A DNA stretch of 64,000 nucleotides from NCBI GenBank assembly GCA_000165425.1, contig CT868655.1, positions 124,001 to 188,000 of the forward strand, given 5' to 3'. The notes under the pieces are model-generated. The model was given only the letters and a program-made list of their open reading frames with translations. It did no database searches and was not told the origin of the DNA. The DNA comes from Paramecium tetraurelia (Eukaryota). Made by a program: the position numbers and the translations under genes. Below are positions 52,531-64,000 of the stretch, piece by piece (the stretch's first letter is position 1; each line of letters opens with the position of its first letter).

Positions 52531-52998
52531 ATGACATTCCAAAAAGTTCTTATATGTTCAAAAGAATATATTGTTGGGAGCTGGGAAAAATAATTTTATT
52601 TTATGAATAATAATCTGCTTTCAAGACTTGAATAAAACAAGTCCGCTCAAGAATCCAAACTAAATACCTTAAGAAAATATTACGAGCTTTCTTCAGAATA
52701 AAGAAAAGATCTCGAATATTTTACTCTTATCAAATAGTTCATTAATAAATAAGAGGAATATCATGATACTGACTCTTCCAATGGGTTTAGCATATCTGAG
52801 ACTTCAAATACTGTGTACATCGAAGGGAGTGAATAACAATAGATATGCATAAAAATGTTTGATATTATAAAATAAATGAAGAGAGCAGTAAAATAGTCTT
52901 AAAAATTATGTTCAACCAAGATCAAAAAATTAAATAAGATTATCGAAAAAAGGCATAAAGAGATTAATAAGTTCAAAATTAGCCTTGGTCTGTTATGA
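52531..52998 (+). CDS. Hypothetical protein (start uncertain)
   Basis: TGA-free table-6 frame of ~155 codons with coding-like composition. Confidence 0.45.
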
Positions 52999-53099
52999 TT
53001 AAAACTATTACTATATTGTTTATTAAATGTATAATATATTTTTTTATATTTAATATTTCTCTTATTCCAATTTATTGATGAATCCTTTAATATCTTAAA

Positions 53100-54538
53100 T
53101 AAAATATTCTGTTTTATAATAATAACATACACCATTCAATCAACATATCTCTAATTTCACAAGGTTTCTATTCGAATAGATCAAGTTTTACCTTTTTCTT
53201 TATCAAGACAGTTTATCATTTATGTTACATTTAAAGAAATATAACATCTTGTAAAAATTGATTATAAATATTTATATTGAAACTTAGATTGTAATTTGAT
53301 GAACATATTTCTAAAGTACTTTTTCGAATCTTTTTCCCCATTTTTGGAATTATCCTACTTGATAAGTTATCAGCATATTTGACTATTTATCATAAGCTAA
53401 CTTAGGTTTAATTTTGAGATTCACTTTTCTAAAGAAATACTTCATTACTATGAAAAGTTTTACTTACTTTTGACTTTCCTAAGTTTAATTCATAGTGAAT
53501 CATATCAATTATATAAATCATTTTTTCTAAGTAAAGTATTATTTTAATAAGTATCACGAAATTTTCTTTAGTCCATAATAAAACAGAGAGCTTAGCTTTT
53601 CTCATTCTTTACTTCAGCCATTCCTTATTTCTTTTTGATTACCTTATTTCCATTTTTGTATATGATTTGAGATCATTGTTCGCATAATCATCACTTTAAT
53701 TTTTTTAGGAGGATTACTGAACTTCATCATAGGCAAATTTTATATTTTGCTTCAAATTCTCTTTTTATTATAGATGAGTATATAATACAATTTCTTGCCT
53801 TAATTAAGATTTGACATTATTTTGTTAGAGTATAATAAAGTCTTTTCATTATTTGTTAATTGAAACTATTTTAAGATGACTGCAATTCAAAGGTTTTATT
53901 TTATTACCCTTCCTTATTACTATGAATAAGTTTATGCCATTTATGTCTGCTGTATCTTCAAGCAAAATTTTTTTTTTTCAAAAGATTCATTAAGCAAGGA
54001 AAGCAGGGTTTCTATTAGTTTTATCAATTATTTAGGTGAACATAAACAGTGAGTTACATCCATCTATTCAATCGAAAATTTTGAGATATTACTTTGACTT
54101 GGTTTTTAATGAACTCATATATAAATGAAAATTAGCTTCATTTAATGATTTTTCTGTTCATCATTTAATTTATATGCCATTACCAAAGACATGTAGATCT
54201 CCTCGACTAAGTAATATCTGTTTGAATTATAATACACTATAACATTAATCCTATTATCATATTTTAGAATAATTCCTCGCCCTTGAATTACAAATTTGAA
54301 CTCTCAAATAAAATCCATTTGGATTTCACCTTTCTGATGAGTTATATAAGCTTATTAATGTAATTAATTTGAAAAACTTCTATCATGTATTTTTGGCACA
54401 AGATTAAAGGTCATCACCAGCTGATGAAGAAACCTTAAATTCTAATATCCATTTGTGTATTTTCTTATTTTCTAAGGCTTGGCAATTCAAGGACTAGAAT
54501 ATGATGTTAAAAACGAATTAACTATGACAATTACGCAT
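53100..54538 (-). pseudogene. Probable degenerate gene
   Basis: Coding-like minus-strand composition, but TGA stops in every frame tested. Confidence 0.3.
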
Positions 54539-55061
54539 TATTATATTTTAAATAATCAAGATCTCAAATAACTATTATTCTGGGATTCTTATTCACAAAC
54601 TAGTATACAATATGTAATGATATAAAATGAGAAACAATTAAAATCGATATTAATAAGAATTAATTTTTAACTACTCTTAGTTTTATAACTTCTTACATTA
54701 TCAAAAATATATTTAATTTTTACAATGAAATAGGAAAACACCTATTGAGATCAATATATTAAAATTAAGAATAGTAATAAAATATAAAAGGAAACACTAT
54801 ATTATTATAATTTTAAAATGTTTCTCCATTTTTTTTAATGATTTGCTTCTTCATAATAAATGATGAATATCTTACTGCAATTTAAAAAAACAAAACTAAA
54901 ATATATAGTAATAAATTTCTTGTTTATTATTATATGGACCTACTATTATTGAGTGAAATAATAAATTACATACTTTTAGATGATGATTGAGAATTAAACA
55001 TAATAGGTTTTTAAAAGCAAAATAATTTTTGGTAATTTGGCTAAATAATAAAAAAAACAAT

Positions 55062-55973
55062 ATGTATTCCCTTCCTGGAAGTAAATAACGCATTTTGTTG
55101 CCCTAAAAACATAAAACAATTTGCTTTAAACCTGAAATCAAAGAAACTTAGAGACTAAGACATGCAAAGGCTCTTCATCCTTTTCATTAGAAGTTCAAAC
55201 CCATTTCGACGAAATGCTTGGAATATGCTCTTTCATCAAGGTAGGATTGTTAGTCTATTATAAGTTCAAGCGAATCCGAAGGGGAATGTGAAAACAATAA
55301 AAGTTGTCATTGCAGAGATTGTGGACACTAATCCAAGAAAATGAAACATATGAAAAAGAAATATCGACGTTTTAGTCCTGTAATGCATGGAAGGATTAGA
55401 GAAAGGAGAAATAAGCTAAAACAAAAATTTAAAAACGCTGTTTATGTCATCATGTGGATGCTAAAGTTAGTAATCCAAAGAAAGAAGAAACCAATGATAA
55501 TAAAAAAGATAATCAGAATGAAAACTAAATTCTTTGAACCTTCTCCAGAACCACCATAACAAAATTAGTAGATCATTTATCTAGAAGTAAAATCTTAATT
55601 ATATGTTTGAAAGCCAATCCAACCAGTTCAAGTTTAAATGATTGACTTTAAACACAAATAGCGACAATCAATAGTCAACTATCTAAACAATAAATTGCAA
55701 GATTCAGAACGCCATGCAGATAATTATCAGTTATCACTTCCAAAAGTACGATAATAAAATAATCTCTCCAGTAGCCATTCCAAATTACTATTAAAACCTT
55801 TGAAAACCTAGAATGACGAAGGCCTTACTCCTTAAAGAAATAATCTACGTTCTATCATACACAAAGCTAATCCTTCATTACAATCCTCAAGTTCTCCTTA
55901 TTTAAAGCAACCACCTCTAACAACAAGGATAAGGTCACTTTAAAATAGACTCTACCTATCAGGCAGGTATTGA
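55062..55973 (+). CDS. Basic hypothetical protein with small Cys cluster
   Basis: Open frame MYSLPGSKQRILL...CHCRDCG...KFKNAVYVIMWML...; TGA 55971-55973. Confidence 0.7.
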
Positions 55974-56608
55974 AATGTGAATGATCTATTATACTGTGTT
56001 AATTGCATTATATATTAGAAGCTATCATAATCATTTCAACTCTTGCTACTTGATTCATTAAAGAATCCTATCTATTAAAATTTTGTTAAATATATAGCCA
56101 ACATTCTTCATTAAGAGAGTTATTGATAACAAAGAAAAATAACTACCATCACTCACTTACATTTAAATATGTATTAATAACAACAATTTACTAGATAATT
56201 TTCAAACATACTAGTATTAATGAACTCAAAATAAGTTTTTGTTTTTTTTTCTTGAGAATGAGCATTCTAAAATTATTTATAAATGTCTTATCCAAATCTC
56301 TATTTCTCTAAGTTTAATATAGCCCTCTTTGCAGTCTATTGCAATTAATTGTGAATTTAGATTTAAGTAAAGATAATTGTGTTTTTGCTCTGATTATATA
56401 AAATACCTAATTACTTATGTCACTTTCTTATACATAAGTGATCTTCAAAAAGATTTAAAATATAATTAAGCCATTTGGTAATAATGAATAGAACATAATT
56501 TAAATTGAATAATTTATTAATATTAAATAACTGTTTATCTTAAGCAAGAATATACAAAAATATTTGAAGGCGTTTTAATAACAAAAATCAACATCATATG
56601 ATTTTAAT

Positions 56609-57045
56609 ATGTCTGAGTCTGAAATTGCAATGTTGATAAATGTTCATTAGTTGAGGGAAAGAAAGTACTAAAAATAAAAGTATATTGATCAAACGGAGAT
56701 GAAGAGTGAAAGGGCAAGATAGTCATTGTTCTATTAAACTACTTATTATAATCCACTATGGTTAAAATAAAGATAGCTAAGAAATGTGGAATACCATAAT
56801 TAAGAATTTCACTCATTTCTACTTTGAGTAATGCTATGATTTTGAATTTGAGAGGTGGTTTCTATTGAGAAAGCAAAGATGTACAAAGAACCAATCGGAA
56901 GGCTCTGATTTTTATATATGGGCTATAGATAAGTCTAGAATACTTTAAGCAAATGGGATATTTAAAGTGCAATTTGAATCAAATGAAGAGAATATATGAA
57001 AAGTTGATTTATAATGATAGGGTTTGGAATGCGATAGATGAGTGA
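56609..57045 (+). pseudogene. Possible short or degenerate gene
   Basis: ATG-initiated coding-like frame stopping at ~56825, followed by an intron-like segment and further TGA-interrupted coding-like sequence. Confidence 0.3.
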
Positions 57046-57132
57046 ATCATTGATCAACATATAGATGTGAAATAGGGGTTTGAGTTTAGTTTGATGCTAA
57101 TGTATTAAAACGGATATGCATAATTAATTTTA

Positions 57133-58256
57133 ATGAAAATAGTATTATTGCTATGCATGATGGTGGCTGTCTCTTTTGGAATCTCATCTAAATTAAGTCA
57201 TGCGAAGAAGTTGGAAGAACTACATGGTAGCAAGTTGGGCAGGACCATATTGAATTTAGTGAATCTTCATTCATCAGTATAGGGGCCAATTTCGGAATTG
57301 ATTGAAGCAATAGAAGAATTAGTAAGATTAGAAATAATAATAGATAGCTGACATTAACACTAATATTGATGAAGTAGAATACAAATTTTAAGTACGCACA
57401 AACGAACATAATTCCTATGTGGCTTAGGTTGGACAACAATTGCAAGATGCTGAATAAGATATTGCAAGAATGATAGATGTCATTGACAATTTATTGATCC
57501 CAAGAAGAGACCAAATAAGAAATAAAATAGAGTCACTCATCGAATATGATGAATTCAATAGAAAAAACGTAGATGAAACTACACTCCTCAGAGAATAAGA
57601 ACATGAAGCCTACCTTCAGTAGATAGAAGAAGATAATGATGCACTTGATGCCGTTGATGATGCCATCAATTTGGTAAGTTCTTTATCAAACCCATCCTTA
57701 TTACAAATTAAGAATATCAAATTTACATTGAAAAGATTGTCATCCAAATAATGGAATCGTGTACATCAAGGACCTATGGTGTAAGCATTGCTATAAATTG
57801 CATTAAACTAAAATTTCAGTGATCAAGGAATATTGAAGCAAATTGTAGATGCATTGAATGAATTCAGAAATCAAGTTGTTGATGCTATGAACGCATTAAC
57901 TAAACAAGAATAAGTGAACATCGAAGAATTCGAAGAAAGACTAGAATAATTGGATGAAGAACATAGAGAATTCCAAAGACAAATCAACTAATCTTAAGTT
58001 GAGCTGGATGCTACTAATTGTATTTTTAATTGATATATAAAATATAGAAAAAATAGAAGATTGCAATCAATTCCTTGTTTAAAGATAGGCCGACAGACAA
58101 TAATACAAATCCCAATTAGATTTAGAAAATGAAACCTATGCTGTTGACACCGACATCTACACCCAAACTGCTAATGAACTCCAAAGAGAATTGCCTATTG
58201 CAGAATAAGGATTATCGCTCATCAAATCAGCTGATTTTTCTGATATTAAGATATGA
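57133..58256 (+). CDS. Trichocyst matrix protein precursor (TMP / granule lattice family)
   Basis: Signal peptide MKIVLLLCMMVAVSFG, pro-region (SKLGRTILNLVNLH), two acidic heptad domains separated by SLLQ plus a basic linker; two micro-introns. Confidence 0.85.
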
Positions 58257-58282
58257 ATCACATAATAATTATTTATTTAATA

Positions 58283-60168
58283 ATGAAAAGCAAAATCAAA
58301 AGATAACCTCTTTAATTTGCCATCAAATTGACAACATTAAATTAACACTTTGATTGCAAAAATCTCAAGGTTCTCAATCTTCAGGGAATAAAATTATCAC
58401 AACTAGAGGTAAAAGTGGAAAGTCTATCAACTCTTATTTTAGATTATAACAACCTTAGACATTTGAACATTATTTCACAATTTCCTAATTTAATCACTCT
58501 ATCGATTGCCAATAATTTAATTGATGAATTCTTTGTCCCTCCAAGTATTGTACCTAATATTATCAAGCTCTTAGGATTTTAAATATATCGAGTAATCTCC
58601 TAAAGACTATCCATTTGAAATAATTGGAGCAACTAGATGCTAGTTCTAATCAATTATAATTCCTTTAATAAGATACTTAAAATAATCTCATACAATTAAA
58701 GTTAGATTGGCTAGGAATAATAAATAAAAATGATATCTGGGAGCATTTAACAATAAAGCAATTTACTGATTAATCATAAATTACATTTAGATAGTTTTTG
58801 GACAAAGCCATTTAATAACTGCTACAATATGGATTCAAAAAAGAGGATAATTATTTCAATTAAAGAATTGTACATACATGTATTTTGAAAAATGATAAGT
58901 ATTATTTTGACTTAATCTTGCCCTATTATTATGAAAATCGTAATAAGTTTGATAATTCTGAAACTCCTTTATGTCTAGCAATAAAAAAACTAAAAATGAA
59001 TTTTATAGGAGATCTTATGAATTGCATTCAAATCAAATATGAAATCGATGCATTTCATGAATCCATAAAATAAGGACAAATTTCATTAGTTAAGTAGTTT
59101 CTGGAGTTAGGGATTGATAGCAATGGTTATAACAAAAAAGGGTTGACTCCCTTAACTAATGCTGTATTGAATATTACTTAAGTAAATATGGAAATGATAA
59201 TCCATTTACTGCTTTAAAGTTAAGCTAATCCAAATAAATTGAATTAGAATGGGTAATCCTTAATTCAAATGTGTATCATTAAATCCAATTTAACTGCACT
59301 TAGATTTATTGCTAATTTCAATAAAATCAAGTTAACAAACTTAAAATTCAAAATGAACATCAAAAATATTAATGGAGATTATCCATTGCATTTAGCTGTG
59401 AACAGCATTAGTATCCTTAATTTTTTAATCAGAAACTAAATTGGTAATCCATTATAAATTAATTATTACAATCTTACAGCTAAATAGATGTCATACACTT
59501 AATCTAGAACCCTAATTTATAAGTTATTGCAAAAAGAAGAAAGAATTCAGATCTTAAAACAATTAACAAAAAACAGTATGAGATTTTAAAAAATGAATAA
59601 AGGTTAAGCCAAATAAAAAGATTATAATAGTGACAGTTCTTGTCCTGAACTATCTGATGATGAAATGCCCAATAAACCTAAAATCAATAAAAAATATATT
59701 ACTGAGCATTTCAATTTGAGTGAAGATATAAGATAGCTGTCTGAAGATGATGAATGCTAACATAATTATAGTTCTGAATCGGAAATAGAATATCCAAAAT
59801 ATAATCTATAATCTCTCAAATTAGAGCAATTAAATTATTAAAATAATCAATTGTTTAAACAAAATTAGGATGTACGACAAAAAAGTATATTCATCAATAA
59901 AATCAATAAGAAAAGACTAAATACCATTTAATTTAATTATTATTCAAGGGAAGGATAAAATTTCAAAGATAAAATTAACTCTTTAATTATTTTAAGATAA
60001 GAACTTAATCTTCTAGGATATATGATGTAATACTCAGATTTAATTTGTTCTGACTTTACTTCGTATATCAGTAAACTAAATCAAACTATATTCAATTTAG
60101 AATCGGACTTTCAAAACGATTCTCTAAAAGATTATATGAATTTTTAATAAGTTTAATTTTTATTATGA
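58283..60168 (+). CDS. Leucine-rich repeat plus ankyrin repeat protein
   Basis: LKVLNLQG, LSTLILDYNNL, LITLSIANNLI, LEQLDASSNQL; ankyrin motifs GLTPLTNAV and GDYPLHLAV. Confidence 0.85.
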
Positions 60169-60200
60169 GTTACTTTAGTGATATCAATATTAATTATTTA

Positions 60201-60572
60201 ATGTAGAGTATTTAAGTCTCACTTGCTGATAAATATCCTGATAGAGTGTATGATTATAGTACATTAACTTTAGTCCAATTTTGCTTGAAATTACAGATAA
60301 ATCTAAAATTCGGTTTTCAGATGGATCATAATGCAAAAAATATTTGGTTAGTAAATCAGATCACTTTTATCACTTTTTTTAAATACTCAGAAACTCTTTA
60401 AAATTGTCAAAAAAAGAAGCCATATATTTATTTGTCAATAATTCTGGATTGATTAAACCTGGTACCTAAAATTTCTTAATTAGAAAGTCAAGTTGGAGAA
60501 ATCTATTCTAAACATCGTAGTAGTGATGGTTTTTTAAGAATTATTTTAAGTGAATATGCTACGTTTGGATGA
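60201..60572 (+). CDS. ATG8: ATG8/LC3-family ubiquitin-like protein (divergent)
   Basis: KYPDRVPILLE, KKYLV, EAIYLFVNN, DGFLRIILSEYATFG-stop; two micro-introns. Confidence 0.93.
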
Positions 60573-60840
60573 TATTTTTGAGGATCGAATATTATTTCTG
60601 AATAATTTTTATATTTTATTTAAAATTTTACATAATTGTATATAACCAATAGACATTGTTTTCAAGATTTATATCATTTCATTAATTAATAGGATTGTAA
60701 CAATGAGGGAATATCGACATTGATACAATATTGAATCACAAAATGACACAATACACTATGAACTATAAATTAGAGTAAAAACTTAAGCAGGAACTAAGGT
60801 CTGAAATGTAAAACAATGGAGATAACTTAATTAATTAAAC

Positions 60841-62443
60841 TCAATAAATTATTCCATAAATCCATGATAAAAGTATTTTGCTCGATAATCCAAAATAACT
60901 GTCCTTATTAATTGAATAACATATAATTTCAAAATGAATTTTTTCTCATACATATATGTTCTTATCTCAAAATTAGAAGTTCATGAGATTTCTAAATTTC
61001 TGGAAATATGTTGCCATCCCAATAATTCTTTATCATGATCGGAGGATCTTTGTGTTTATAAACATAAAACGAAGAGGATTTTCTCAAAAATTAGTTGGAC
61101 AACAACACTTAGTTGCAGACTTGTTAATCCTTTGGACAAGGTGGGATTTTTTCAATTTCTATTTATTATTTTATTGTGATAGCATTTTAATGCTTTTCTT
61201 AAGAAATAACCTTAAAAATTACAAATTAATTAAGCTCTAATTTCTTCTCTGGCAAAATTAAAGGCTTATTTTTTAATTTTGATTTGGAAATAGTGATATT
61301 TAAATATTTCGATATCGCAATATATGTCTACATATTGCTGTATATAATTGATTGCATCAGCTAATAAATAAATCTGAATAGTTTACTAAATTAATTAAAC
61401 TTTAATAACTCATTTTTTAATAAAATCAACAAAATTAGTGCACTAATAGTCAAAGCCTTAATTCCGTCTATATATAACATCAGCATAATGAAATTGGTTA
61501 ACTAAGTTGGTATAACAATATACTTATGGTTTGACTTGATTTGTAAATATACATAAGTACCATTAAACTGTAAAAAAATCAGATTAAAGGTTTATTTTAT
61601 GAAAATGCGTTTTTAATTCTGGAATGTATTCTTAGATGTAATAATCCAATATCTATTAGTCAGTTAATGCACTCAAAATATTCGTATAATAATCTATCGG
61701 CATAATAGTTTCCAAAATCTATGTGAATGTCCAAAAGGCATCTTCTAAATCAAATTTGAGAGTATTGATTAAATAGTTGACGATGAAGTTTTATCCCTAA
61801 CAATACCCAATTTCAGGATTTCTGATAGAATAAGCAATTAAGACTGTTTCAATTTATTTTTCTATTTACTTTTTCTTTATTGAATCAAGGTGATTTAGAG
61901 TTCTAACAGAGTCCTATGATTCATATGGTGAATATTTACTAAATAGATGGGTTCAAACAATTCAGGAGGGTACTTATCCTTCTATTCCAGCAATTGTTAA
62001 AAGACTCCCTTATTTTACAATTTAATTACTCTAGCTCCAGACAGTTCTAGTAAGACCCTTAATACAATGATTTAGATACCAATTGATGTTCAGATCACAA
62101 AAATCACCTGTTTTTATTAGTTTTTTGACTGTCTTTTTGATCTCTAAACAATAACATTCCTTAGTGTACAAATATTTTAGATGCTAAAGATTATAATTTA
62201 AAATACAGTGTTAATTTACTCAATGACTAATTCTGGCTTATTTTAAGATTTCGCCTTAATTTGTAACTAATCTCTTCTAAAGGGTTTGAGTTGATTATTC
62301 TCATCTTTGATACTCATTTTCAAAGCTTCTTGAATATCTACTTTCATTTCGTCATTCAAGATCTTCTAATAAATATCGTTTTGCTTGTCTCTGATGTAAT
62401 TTAATCGTTGAATAAGTAAATTCTTTCTTGGCTTTTTTTACAT
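60841..62443 (-). CDS. TBC-domain Rab GTPase-activating protein
   Basis: IYLDSVRT (Arg finger, spanning intron 61914-61939), AYSIRNPEIGYCQGQNFIV (Gln finger), EDAFW, QWYLCIF. Confidence 0.9.
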
Positions 62444-62630
62444 AATCAATTAATTAAATGAAAGAAAATGAATTAACTTAATTATATAAATACTTAATTT
62501 ACAAATGATGATGATGAACAAACATAGCAATTACGATGAATGCGATAGATTTGATTTATCATAATAATGATATTTTTACTATAATTTATCTTACAATAAT
62601 ATATTATTATTTTTGCTGATTTCGCAAATA

Positions 62631-64000
62631 ATGGAGAACTAGCATCAATTCATAGTACTTTTGTTAGGAGATTGCAATACTGGGAAATCAACCATAGTTG
62701 GGAGGTATTTAGAGAACAAATTGGTTGACCCGTAACCAACAGTTGGAGTAGTTAAAAGGGAAACCTAAATCGATATCGGTAATGGAAATTAGAAAGCTCA
62801 AGTAATTTCTGGTCTAATTAGATCTATGATACATCTGGGAGTGAAAAATTTAGAGCTTAAGTTTTGGGTGAATTCAAGAATGCATCAGCTGTTGTGTTGG
62901 TTTATGATATCACTGATTATCAGAGCTTTTAAAATGTCTAGACTCTACAGAAAGGTATTTAGCAGATTTATTGCGAATTAGAGGTCATAAGATAGAATCC
63001 AAATGTAGATTATTGGATAGTTGTGGGGAACAAGTTGGATTTGAAAGAACAAAGAAAAGTCCATATCGATGAGGGAAAGAAGTTTGCTTCGTAGATTGGG
63101 GCTAGATACATTGAATGTTCAGCTTAGCAACCTAGCAATATCAATTTGATATTCTTAACTATCTAACAATGGACTTAGATTAATATTTAACCGAAATATG
63201 TCCCGGAGTAAACTCAAAGGCTTCTTGAGAAATTGAATAATGATGAATAACAAAAGCAATTGTAGACTTCTTCTTCAAAAAACAATTAAACCAAATTCAA
63301 AAATAAGAATACAAGTTTCTCTTTGATTTAGAACAATACAAATAATGTAGTTTCCTCTTCATTTGATGATCAATAAAGTTCGTTTAATGGGGATAGCATG
63401 TAAGATTATTTTGCTTAATTATTGAAAAAAACAGATATGTAGACTCAAAAAGTAAATTAATGATATTATTAAGTTAGCTGATGTGATTGTAGAAGAAGCA
63501 TAAGATAATGTGATTTCATCTTTGAGATAATAAACCCTGGCAATATCAAACTCCAAACCTTTATATATTCTCGATGATGCCAATGCCCAATTATAAGAAA
63601 AAAATGAAGATAAAATATCAATGATGAAAAAGAAACATAAATAATTAGATAAATTAAGAAAAGAAATAGCATAGAACTTGTTACTTGTGCAGGAACAAAG
63701 GAAGAAGCTCACGACTGACTAAGTCATAGAGAATACTTAAACTTAAAAGTTAGAGAAGGAATTGCAAAAGAGATTATTGAGTGTAGAACGAAATATGGAT
63801 TTCTTGAAAACAGACATCTTACTCACTTAAAAAACTTAGAAGTTTAGCACTAATAAGAATAATTTTATGTCAAATGACTAATCACAAATCCTCAAATAAC
63901 ATATTAATTAAATTCATAATCCTGAACATATTAAGGAGTAGAATGAATAAATTGCCAAAATTAAAAACGAAAGGAAGAAACTGGAGGAATAAAGAAATCA
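62631..64000 (+). CDS. Atypical large Rab-like GTPase with long C-terminal coiled-coil extension (runs off the window)
   Basis: GDCNTGKS (G1), PTVG (G2), IYDTSGSEKFR (G3), LVYDIT, VGNKLDL (G4), ECSA (G5); the frame continues more than 250 codons past the G domain with one more intron. Confidence 0.85.

Noticed and set aside
1..64000. Apparent mass pseudogenisation from in-frame TAA/TAG
   Set aside because: These codons fall at conserved Gln positions (e.g. eL42 GGQTKP, TBC YCQG); this is the known ciliate genetic code.
1..64000. Retained IES or transposon (Tc1/mariner, PiggyBac) sequence
   Set aside because: Interruptions in recognised genes are GT/GC..AG introns; no convincing TA-bounded inverted termini or transposase motifs were seen by eye. 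A MIC/MAC comparison would be needed to exclude them in the gene-poor tracts.

Overview
AT-rich, very gene-dense eukaryotic DNA that reads as a ciliate macronuclear chromosome segment, most likely Paramecium (P. tetraurelia-like; inferred). Long conserved frames only exist if TAA/TAG = Gln and TGA is the sole stop (translation table 6), and genes carry many tiny (~20-35 nt) GT..AG introns. The supplied ORF track uses the standard code, so it is fragmented and often antisense noise; I re-translated by hand, so boundaries of unnamed genes are approximate. About 40 protein genes are present: two CNBD-type K+ channels, acyltransferase-3, SEY1/RHD3, an LC4-like EF-hand protein, a TTLL3-like glycylase, VPS35, KIN17, eL42, eL31, a C2 + PPQQPGY-repeat protein, oligoribonuclease, cold-shock and RRM proteins, a CTD phosphatase, a 3R-Myb, a SUN protein, PRP19, a putative ATPTT4, PP2A-A, CDC16, a trichocyst matrix protein, an LRR-ankyrin protein, ATG8, a TBC RabGAP and a large Rab-like GTPase. 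There is also one 5S rRNA gene and several decayed, gene-poor tracts. No transposon, CRISPR, telomere or clear retained IES was seen. Most notable are an ATG8 / TBC-GAP / atypical Rab cluster at the right end, an ATGA stop-start overlap between the Myb and SUN genes, GC-AG micro-introns, and clustered frameshifts at 40-42 kb. None of these proves a new system.
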